Source: Eledone cirrhosa | Taxonomy: Eukaryota | Length of the DNA stretch: 64,000 nt | Reading direction: 5' to 3' | NCBI GenBank assembly: GCA_964016885.1 | Contig: OZ024740.1 | Coordinates: 198,834,001-198,898,000, forward strand | Part shown: in pieces, positions 52,931 to 64,000 of the stretch | How the letters are laid out: every line of letters starts with the position of its first letter | How positions within the stretch are numbered: the first letter of the stretch is position 1 | The notes under the pieces: model-generated | What the model saw: only the letters and a program-made list of their open reading frames with translations | What the model was told of the DNA's origin: nothing | Databases searched by the model: none | Program-made: the position numbers and the translations under genes

Positions 52931-53602
52931 CTGACTGACCCCCCCCCGTATCACCACCCCACCCCGTCCCCCATCCCACTTCCGTCCCTCCATCTCTCAT
53001 TATTACCTTCTTTCCTCCCCTCCAGGTCTTATATATTGTGTTGTATGACTCTGAGTAAAGTTCCGTGGCCGCACACACAAATTCACGTATATACCTGGTC
53101 ATGTTTGCATACGTGCAGTTATGAACTGCTGCACGCACACGTTCGAGATTTATTTACCTATTTATTTGTATATTTATTTATTTATTTATTTATTTATTTA
53201 GTTACTTTATTTATTTATTTTTTTATCTATTTATTTATTTATTTATTTATTTATTTACTTGTTTATTTGTTTATCTGTTTGTTTGTTTGTTTGTTAGTTA
53301 ACTCATTCATTTATTTATTAATTAAAGAGTGAATGATTAGGTAATGAATAGATTAAAGATAAAAGATAGGTAACGAATAGTGAATGGTAAATAGTAAATA
53401 ATAAATTGTAATTATTTGATTATAATATTAATAACTTAGTAGTGATATTAATTATTTTAATCCTCTATCAGGCCCAGTTTAAAATTTGTCCCACTACCTT
53501 TTCCCATTATATTATAGACACATGTATGTGTGCGAACGAGTGCGTGTTTGTGCATATGTGTTTATGTGTACTTATTTGTATGTATGTATGTGTATGTATA
53601 TG

Positions 53603-53671
<69 letters not shown>

Positions 53672-53967
53672 ATATATATGTATGTGTATGTATGTGTGTA
53701 TATGTATATATGTATATATGTGTGTATGTATGTGTTTGTGTGTGTGTGTATGTATGTGTATGTATGTATGTGTGTGCATATGTATGTATATGTATGTATA
53801 GTATAGTTTATACCGAGATACATACATACATGTATGTGTGTATATATATATATATATATGTGTATACGCACGTGTGTATGTGTAGATATATATATGTGTG
53901 TGTATGTGTATGCGTGTGTGTGTGTGTATATTTGTGTTTTTTCTTGTGTGTATATATATATGTATAT

Positions 53968-54531
53968 AGTATTTACGTATCGAGAAAGAGAGAAAAAAAG
54001 AGAAAAAAAAAAAAAAAAAAAAGGAGGGATAGGTGATACATATAGTTATTTGCCAAGTAGCGTATGCCAAAGGTGCTCGATACTAGTGCCGGCAGTATTA
54101 AATATTCGAAGTGTTAATATTTAGTGGGCTAGAGAGTTAGCAGAGCGTAAGCACGTGGGAAAGTGAAAAATCGGAGAATAGACCGTTAAAACATGTTTAC
54201 TTAAAATATCACCTACGTACGTTTCGCCCAGTTGGGCTTCTCAAGGGCATAAAGAATCACAAGTGTTCATTATATAGTTCGGAAAGAGTTTTGGGGGTTA
54301 AATCCACATCAAGATTCATTGCTCGCAAAAATATCTTGTTTTGATTTTGACCGGTGTTAGGGCAGTCTTTCCCGGATAATTTTTGGTATGCAAGGATTGT
54401 TTTCTGGGTGTTATTCTGTTGCGCCTGCCCGCCGGGGTGTTAAGACTTGTTGCAGGGAGATCCAGTGTGCTATTTCACTCTTCATTCTTAACCCATCTAA
54501 AGAAGGATATTTTTAAGCGATGTGTACAACT
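53968..54531 (-). mobile_element. Second, internally deleted copy of the PLE 3' terminus seen at 66-1405
   Basis: Near-identical to the reverse complement of about 800-1405, with two short deletions; bounded by TA-rich tracts. Confidence 0.9.
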
Positions 54532-54541
54532 TATATATATG

Positions 54542-54610
<69 letters not shown>

Positions 54611-54627
54611 ACATATATATGTATATG

Positions 54628-54726
<99 letters not shown>

Positions 54727-55080
54727 GTGTGTGTATAGGTATGCATATATATATGTGTGTGTAAGTGATTATGTATGTGGTTGTGAGTATGTAAATATAT
54801 TTTATTCTTTCCATTCTACAAAAACACTCTGGCCACCTGTGGCTTGTATGTTAACTTGACCACTCACCTCAGTCTGTCCCATGATTCGGTCTTCTTTATC
54901 TTCTATTACCAACCCACCTAAAAACATTTCCCTAGTATATATCTGTTGAATTACTATTCTTGGGGTTTTTATTTATTTATTTTATTTTATTTATTTTATT
55001 TTTTTATTTTATTTTATTTTTTTTATTTATTTATTTATTCATTTATCTATATATTCATTTATTTATTTATTTATTTACTT

Positions 55081-55097
55081 ACAGACGTACAGTAGCA

Positions 55098-55177
<80 letters not shown>

Positions 55178-55198
55178 TATACATATATACATACAGGT

Positions 55199-55239
<41 letters not shown>

Positions 55240-55686
55240 TGCTACTGTACGTCTGTATACATATATGTATGTACGTATACACACATACTTACATTTAAGT
55301 AAGTGCCGTACTAAGAGTGAGAAATGAAATTTCGTTTTCATTTTTTTTCAACTCATCCTGTTCCGTATGCCTGACCGACTTAGCTCACTCGATATGCAAA
55401 TTAGGCTGCTCAGCCGTTAATTTTCATAAGGAAAGTATATACTTTCGAACGTTCAACTATCTGGCAGATGGGTATACGGTGCTGATGATAGCTAACAAGC
55501 TTGAAACTAGTACATCGTTCCTGTGTCAGTGTTGAACAAAAAGGTGACGTGGTTGCCTTAACACCGTACGTCATAAAAATTCAGGCTGTTCAGTTTGTTT
55601 ACAAACGAACAAAACGGCGTTATAATAAGCGTCTGCTAAACTGATACGTGCATATATGTATGTGTACCTGTATATATATATGTATA

Positions 55687-55744
<58 letters not shown>

Positions 55745-55858
55745 TGCTACTGTACGTCTGTATACATATATGTATGTACGTATACACACATACTTACATT
55801 TAAGTAAGTGCCGTGTAAGAGTGAGAAATGAAATTTCGTTTTCATTTTTTTTCAACTA
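55081..55858. repeat. Direct repeat 55235-55352 / 55739-55858 with a short inverted copy at 55081-55105
   Basis: ATGCATGCTACTGTACGTCTGT...GAAATTTCGTTTTCATTTTTTTTCAACT occurs twice. Confidence 0.8.
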
Positions 55859-55894
55859 TATATATATATATATTTAGATATATATACATATTTA

Positions 55895-55958
<64 letters not shown>

Positions 55959-56240
55959 AAAAAATGGGGAGAAGAATACTGCAGGTTGCACATGGATAAC
56001 ATGTAATAAAATAAGTCCCTCATCAGTGATTTGCCAACGATCATAGATATTTCATTGCATTAAAAATCATATACCTCACGTCGGTGCAATAATAACTAAA
56101 TTAAGTTATTAGAACAATTATAACGCGTAAAGCGAGTGAGACAAGATAACAACAAAGAGGAGAGCTAACCGTAGAAGGAAGGGAACAAGCTTCATAGTTA
56201 TTCTGTTAGCGTAAGCTAGGTGAATATATTTAGATATATA

Positions 56241-56320
<80 letters not shown>

Positions 56321-56562
56321 CGAAACATAAATCAATTGCATGAACTCATAATCCTTTATTTACTGCTAATATATACCATTGAATGGGTATGACCTCATCA
56401 GGCAGTTAGTCAGTTCTTAGATATGCCAGCTCTGTGTTTTTGGTGTTGATGGAATCAGAGCCTTGGGACATATTATATATATATATATACATATCAACAT
56501 ATACATATGTACGTATGGGTTATATAGAACATTAACATACTTATATTGAACATTAGCATACT

Positions 56563-56605
<43 letters not shown>

Positions 56606-59599
56606 GGGTGTGTGTGTATATATATATCCACACAAGCCCCCCCCCCCCACCCCCCACGCACACACACACACATATATATATAGAGAGAGAGATACCCATC
56701 ATCTCAGAAATCAAAACGAACACTGTATTCTTTGTTGAAGATCACACACAAAGATAATGGAGTCCGGCCTGTATGTTCTATGGTTGACCCTGAGCCAATC
56801 CTCTGCGAAATTCGGGTAACAGGTTGATACACAATAAAAATTAAATACATGTAAACGAATCATCATTGTTTTTATTAATATATATATATACTTGGTGTTT
56901 GTATTTATCTTGAAAGGCGCATAGCTTACAGCTCACGAACCAAGTTGGTGTAGGACAGAAAAAAAGGAGAGACACAAGATAACAAATTACTTACTGAGTA
57001 TGTATGACAAAATAGTTTTGACGTAAATAAATGAATAACTATCCGGTTATTAAACTAACCGACTGGGAGTTTATGATAAATTGAAGGGAAACCAACATGT
57101 TCTAGTGTTTTTATCGGCTTTATGACCCTCCCAAAGAATAACCATATATGTGTGGGGTGAGTAGGGTGAATGAAGATCGGAATATCTTCGTAGTTACAGA
57201 CAAACCATGGAGGCGTACGGCCTACTAATATCGTTATTGGATTATAATGTAGGTTACGTTCTTGGATTGGGTTGTGTGTTGTGTCATTGAGCAAAAAACT
57301 CCATTTCCCATTGCTCTAATATACACAACTAAACATGAATACCAGCAATGGTTTGAGGTTTAACCCTGTGTTGGTCTAGCGTCAGGGGTAAGTCTTGTAT
57401 TCTCACTCGCTTAACGTTACGGACATTCGGATAAGCACCTGTCTCCTGAGCTTCTGTGCTAGAGACAGACTTTAGATTTACTGAGAAACCAGTCAAATTT
57501 GACTCAGAGTATAACGCAGTGTCTTAAAAAAGAAATTAGACATTAAATAAGCTAGCCATATATAATAAGTGTCTAAGGACCCCGGGATAACCGGGGTGGA
57601 ATAACATTATACATATATCATAAAAATTAGTGCTGAGTTTCTTTTTAGTCATTCAAATCAACCCCAGTACTTATTCATTCTATTCCTTATTATATCGAAA
57701 CCTTTTATTGTATACGTAAATTATCCTTTGACAAATTTGATGTACAAATTGATAGAGTGTTAGATAGAATGTCTTACGTCCTGATTTCAAATCTCATGGT
57801 GTTCGATATTTCTATTGCATTCTTCCAGAGAGTATACAATAAGACATCGAGTATCGATGTTCTCATAATTCACTGCTCCAAATATAAACATACGCAGTAG
57901 GTTAAATCACGCATTGACAGTTACTTGGTATCATTATTCATAAATAAAAAAAGAACCCTTTTTCGGTATGTGGATAAATATCTAAGCTGGGTTTATATAT
58001 TGCTTATTATTCAACCCATTGCCATGACTGCTGAAGGTATCACCATGCGTTGCACCTGATAAGAATGCTTTCAATAGACTATAATTCGCTAAAGTCATTC
58101 AAAGTTCAGATGATGTTAAACATGGTGACGTATAATATGTAATCGCCAAATATCTCGTAACAATTGGAACGATTATTGTAAAATATCTAAATTATCCTTC
58201 TAGTAACCTGGAGGTTAATTTATGTTCCATCATCCCATTTCTTATTCCATGGAACTTTTTAGAGTTAGAGGAGTGTCACCATGGCATACATTTAAACCTG
58301 GTGGAGACCACACCATTTAAGGTCAGACTCCAACTGATTTCGTCTAAAAACAAAGACAAGTAAGAGGTCGTTAAAAAGAGATATACCGAAATAACCGGCC
58401 CTTGTAACAGACTCGTACTTTATTGAACTCAAAAAGAGAAAAGACTAATGTCGCAACGTCGGAATTTGAACTCCATGAGAAGTCTAATCCCAAAACACAA
58501 AACATTCGACATGCCAATGACGCAGCATATTTGCCGACTTTTACGTTATCGACTCCCAAAATATGAAAGGTAATGTTGACCTCGGTGGAATCTGAATTTG
58601 ATGAAAACCCTTTTCTTATTACAACTACATCCATGTAAATAGACACATTACAAATTAGACACAATACATATTAAAAGAATCCGATGCCATTTTCAATGAC
58701 GTGCGTTATCTTATACAATCTAAATAATCTGCATGCTTTATATTTGCATTAGTCGTCATATCCTGAAGCTATATTGCAAAACATTTAATATATTGAACAA
58801 TCCGATATTGTGATTGCCCTCTCCCCTATATAGTTCAAACTGTGAATAGCATCATTTATAAATAAGAATATTAAAACAAGACAAGATTTTCGTCGTTAGC
58901 TGATCGCAGTGGGGCGTTGTGTTTCCCCTATTCACTAATCTCTTGTTCAGTTAACTTCAAATCATTGATGTAATAACGAATTAACGCAAGGATTGCGCAT
59001 ATTGGTAATATCAGTGAGGATGCTTATGGCGATGATAAAATCTGTCATAATGCTGATGAAGCTGATGATGACATTCCTCGTCATTGACTTATTCTCCTCC
59101 ACTTATTCAACAAAACACCTAGTCCTCCTCCTCCCACTCATGGTTATCAATATAATGACATAATCATGTATAGCGAAAATTGTATACATATAGAAAATCG
59201 TGGACACATACCTATATAATAAGTACAATACAACATAGCAATTTATGCTATAACATATCTTCCCACACTCAAGAGGAGAACCAGCGACCGAGATTACGAC
59301 ACCCGCCAAATGAACAGGATAATAGTTTATAGAAAGATAAACTTCTGTTTAATTCGGATACATATTTTGTGTTCGGACAAATGCAACTTAACATAATGAC
59401 TATATATATATATATAATATATATATATATATGTATATATATATAGGAAAAGTGCCAGGACCCCGACGACTGAGCTCTGGCCGTTTCGACTGCTAGATCC
59501 GATCTAAACCAGTAGTATTAGGACCAGTAGTAGGGAGCTAGCTGAACTTATCGAGGTGTACAGTCCATATATGGGCATGCAATCAATATATAGACTGTA

Positions 59600-59679
59600 C
59601 TCCTTGATAAGTTCAGCTAGGTCCCTTCCGTCCTAATACTACTGGTTTAGTTCGGATCTAGCAGTCTAAACGACCGGAG
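59600..59679 (+). ncRNA. Candidate U3:A8 hammerhead with long stem II in the longest family-C foldback
   Basis: CTCC-TTGATAA-g..GCTAG...CTAGC.gtc-TAAA (GAAA in the mirror arm)-cgacc|GGAG; atypical cleavage triplet. Confidence 0.45.
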
Positions 59680-59829
59680 CTCAGCCCTCGGGGTCCTGAT
59701 TCTTTTCCTATTACACACTCTACTACCCTAATTATCGAGTATTCTGGTGCGGTATTGTCCACCTGGTTCCTTACCACACTTTCTTTGTTATATATTTATA
59801 TGCTTTGTTATTCTTTTACTCTATGACTT

Positions 59830-60470
59830 GTTCCAGCTCTGGCCATGATGGGGTACCGCCATTGCCGCTACACCTATATCAGGCTTTAGATAGCCATTGA
59901 TGCAAGAGGGAGTTTGTACTTCATCACTTGTTGTGGGCTCTTAGTGAGCAGAATATCGAGATGTTTCCATGTAAACCTCTGACATTTTGGGCAGCTTAGT
60001 AAAGGTCTGGGGGTGGGGCTCTTTAGAACCCGGACCATTTCGCTATCTGCTCCTGATTCTAGATGTGCGGGACGAAAACTTTGGCACTACACAATGGTTT
60101 CAAGTTCGTGGTTTGGTCAGCATCTCACTGCCATAGTTTGGTGTTTGTTTTTCCAGGATCTTCCATATGTGTATCACTGTATATCTCTCCTCTCCTCCTT
60201 CCAGATAGTAGAGCTTTAGTTCATTCAGCCTCTATCAGTAGCTCCACTTCTTTATTGATGCAAATGTATGTGTGTAGCTTCGTTATGTTGCCTCAGGTTC
60301 TGCAGTTAGTTTGATACTGTGGGGCGACAACATTCTAATCGGCAGAGAACATGTGACCGTCAATAAGGCAACTTGACTCCAGGTCTCTGATCCTAAATAT
60401 CCACAGAACCCAATGAGATACTTGTCTACATGTTGATGCCATTTGGGTAATGACAGAAACTTCTAGACGA
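59830..60470 (-). mobile_element. Decayed CR1/Jockey-group LINE 3' fragment
   Basis: Reverse complement gives ..LNELKLYYLE.RRERYTVIHIWKILEKQTPNYG across frameshifts. Confidence 0.65.
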
Positions 60471-60654
60471 CTGAATTATATACTGAGATGTATATATTGA
60501 GGCATGAGTGTATATATATATACGTGTATATGTGTATACATGTGATACATATGTATTTACACGCAAACATATAAGCATGTATATATGCATATAAGTAGAC
60601 ACACACGCACACACACCCCCACACACACACACACACAAATCCACACACAGACAC

Positions 60655-61272
60655 ACATACATACATGGTGGCTGCCAACTCGTTTTCGAGTATGGCCATT
60701 ACTTTATATCCATGTAGGAGAACCCCTACCGATGCGCTGAACGAGTGTGACTTTTTAGTCCAGCCAGCGACTTGAAAACTCTGGTACAAACACTACACTT
60801 GTGACAATTATTGAGACATAGTGCTGGGCCATTGGTACCATGTGACGACAAGTGCAGATAGATCTCCAGATATAAAGCAATGCCTGTGCAGTGAAGCTTT
60901 TATAGTGAGCAAAGGCACTGCACAAAGCCAGTCCCACTCTCTTAACCAAGATGATATTTACCAAAAAGAAGAACAAGTCCACATCATTGGATACCATCAG
61001 GGTTGCAGGTGTTATATCAGAGTTTTCCTTCTCCTAGAATTCTGCCTTAACAAAGGCTAAGGGGTCATCTCTCCCGGTGATTTTGGATGGCCATTGACTC
61101 TTAAGAGCTCCTTTGCACTTTGACAGGTTTTGTTTTTAGTCCTGCAGGATGTCCAAAGTCACCCTCCTCACCAAGAAACCTTGGTGGGGTTGCCAGTTTA
61201 GTCGCCAACGACCCGACCATGGGACAGGTTGTACTGGGATACATGTTACCAGTAGCACCAACTGGTGACCTG
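60655..61272 (-). mobile_element. Internally deleted RTE derivative (putative 5' UTR plus C-terminal zinc finger and 3' end) within (TGTA)n
   Basis: Encodes HKCSVCTRVFKSLAGLKSHTRSAHR*; 3' end AATGGCCATACTCGAAAACGAG..GGCAGCC.CCATGTATG matches 33046-33090. Confidence 0.75.
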
Positions 61273-61422
61273 ACATACATACATACATATATACATACAT
61301 ACATACATACATACATATAACTATATGAATAATTTAATAATCTTTGTGTTATAGTGTTTGTTGCATAAGTGTTACAATATATGGGGTGTAGCTTTACAAA
61401 GTTATCATTAAAATATATAGAA

Positions 61423-62576
61423 CGAGCAGTGGTACCCGGCGTTGCACAGGATAAGGTATTTTGGAACGCGGGCCGACAATAGACCTAATCGTGGAAAAAC
61501 TGTATGCCTGGACAATATGTAAAGAAAATAAACAGAATACTCTGAGGGCTGGATAATCTTTAAGATTTTCCTCGATGAAGCAGGAAAAATGCAGGTTTTC
61601 ACCTAACGCGGGCCCTAGGGCATCAAGAAAATGAATTTTTTTTATGTGCATAATATGCCTTGAAATTTCGGGAAAATCGGCTAGACGTAACGCCTCCAAA
61701 AAGCCCTAAGAAGCTGAAAAAATGAAGTTTTTCACCTAATGCGGGCCCTAGGCCATAAGAAAGTTTGATTTTCTTTACTCACGGTATGAAGAAGAGACTG
61801 ACTAATACATAGTTACAATTTCAAGGAAATCGGTATGACGTAACGCCTCAAAAAAACCCTAAAAATGTTAACAAAACGCATTTTTTCAGTTGAATTTTTT
61901 ATGTGCATAACACTCCCTGAAACATAAGTAATACACATGTAAAGTTTGAAAAAATCGGTTCGGTACTTCTCAAGTTTTAGGGATTCAATCTCACACACAC
62001 ACACACATCCTCAGGGAAGTGACGTAATGCAGACAGCCAGACGTATAAAACAGATATTATAAGGGCGCAACGTTATAAATATCTATCTAAAAAGAGAAAG
62101 ACTAAGAATTATAGAGCCATCACTAATCGCCTAATGCGGTCCCTAGAGCATTGAAAATTTGAAATTTCTTTTGCTCAGAACACTTCCTGAAATATAAGTA
62201 TTACATATGTAAAGTTTAAAAACAGTCGGTTTGGTGCTTCTCTACAATACTAAGCGGTAAAATAGTATATTTTGTTCTCGTAAAGGCACGTAGGTAAACA
62301 AATTGAACCTATTACAGCGACACATATTATAAGGGCGCGACGTTATATGTATGTATCTATCTAAAAATAGAAAGACTAAGAATTATAGAGAGAGATCGCT
62401 AAATCGCCTAATGTGGCCCCAGGGGCATAGACAATTTGGAATTTATTTGCTCAGATCACTCCCTGAAACATAAGTATTACATGTGTAAAGTTTGAAAACA
62501 GTCGGTTGGGTGGTTCTCGAGTTTTAAGGATTCGAACTCACACACACACAGACATCCTCAGTTTTATATATATAGA
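61423..62576 (-). mobile_element. Non-autonomous Helitron with internal tandem repeats
   Basis: 5' TCTATATATATAAAACTGAGGATGTCTGTG; 3' CCTGTGCAACGCCGGG hairpin followed by CTCG|T; same termini style as 41991-42865. Confidence 0.8.
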
Positions 62577-62657
62577 TAAAGCTAATCCGCTCCATAACAG
62601 TTGTTAGAACATGCAGAGTCCGTATTTCAGTATTAATAATTTCATTTAGCATATATA

Positions 62658-62791
<134 letters not shown>

Positions 62792-62816
62792 TATATATAT
62801 ATTTATTTATATATAT

Positions 62817-64000
62817 CGTTTCTGAATTTGTTTAGCAAGATTCTTTATCTGAAAACGTGTAGTGAAACCGATATTGTTATACTTTGACAGGGTCATGTTG
62901 CTAATAAGAAACACACGCACCAGTTACATTCACTCCAATTTATTATTCACTCCAATTTTCTCCTCACCCGTACTAAATCCACAATCAGTATGTTGATTTT
63001 GATGTGATCCGACACAGCTGAGTTTCGGTGGATCAGATATTTCGAAGTCATGGCTTTGGCATAATAAACAATACCTCCAAATCCTCCAAATCCTCCATTC
63101 CCATTATGCCAAACCCATGACTTCGAAATATCTGATCCACCGAAACTCAGCTGTTTCTGATCACACCAAAATCAACATACTGATTGTGGATTTAGTACGG
63201 GTGATGAGAAACGTGTCCCGCATGTGCAACCCCAAAGAACTAGAGAGACACATACAACACTTCATCCACCGTATGCAGTTCTCTGGTTACAATCAGGGGA
63301 GCCAGAACCAAATGGGAAAGAAATGATAAATAATGATACAAATGGGACATGCGCCTTCTATAGGAGCACATTTTGGAATAGAATAGAAAGAACTAGGAAT
63401 AAGGTTAATAGAATAAACTCATGGTATGCTAGCAATAAATACCAGAGTTCATCAATATAACCCTAGAGGTGAATTAGCTTACAAATTTAGAAGGGCCCTA
63501 AATAAACTTAAACTAAATATTAAGATAGTAGAAATACCATGTACCGCCATAAAAAAACTTATTAGTAATACAAACGCTTTTCAAAGACCTCCCTGTATAG
63601 ATAAGAAATGCATAATCTGTAAACTAAGCCCCCATATTAACGGTAACACTAGAAACATAGTATATAGCATGATATGTACTGAAGGATAATGTAAAGATAA
63701 GAATATAGTATACATAGGTGAGACACCTCCTAGTATAGGAGAACGATTAAATGAACACTGGCGAGAGCTTCAAGATAGATAAGATTCATCAGTACTCCAC
63801 AACATGCTAAAATAGAACATAAGGGCAAATTAGAGAACATAGAAATAAAAATAAAATCTACACACAGAAAAGACGCAATGTTTAGACAAATCACAGAGGA
63901 AATAAACATAAATGAACTCCAACCAAAATTAAATAGAAAACATGAATGGAATAACAATATCACAACTTACAATTAAGGACAAAATAAAAACACACACACA
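62817..64000 (+). mobile_element. Third copy of the YVDD PLE family (as 17621-21567): inverted tail 62817-62958, inverted internal piece 62960-63064, sense body from about 63090 to the window edge
   Basis: MTSKYLIHRNSAVSDHTKINILI..RNVSRMC; NIVYSMIC..VYIGET. Confidence 0.9.

Noticed and set aside
52930-53332. Hydrophobic C-terminal extension of the 322 aa ORF
   Set aside because: Read-through into pyrimidine-rich and (TTTA)n sequence after the PLE endonuclease ends.

Overview
AT-rich, microsatellite-dense eukaryotic DNA. It is probably from an octopus or another cephalopod, inferred from about 10 copies of a SINE whose core resembles Octopus OK/OR-type SINEs. No host protein-coding gene could be supported; the window looks intergenic or intronic. 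Most of it is mobile DNA: at least 5 Penelope-like element (PLE; RT + GIY-YIG) families, a near full-length degenerate RTE LINE with three C-terminal C2H2 fingers plus an internally deleted relative, CRE-like RLE, CR1-like and RTE fragments, two non-autonomous Helitrons, Tc1/mariner remnants and SINEs. The main pattern is a dozen or more foldback (inverted-repeat) structures of 0.1-4 kb, usually bounded by (TA)n. Most carry a hammerhead-ribozyme-like motif near the outer end of each arm, reading outward. This holds for several foldbacks with no coding sequence. The motifs include canonical minimal forms with palindromic stem III, U3:A8 variants, forms with 50-90 nt stem II insertions, and forms with an altered GAAA half. 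All structures were read by eye; no activity or database search was tested.
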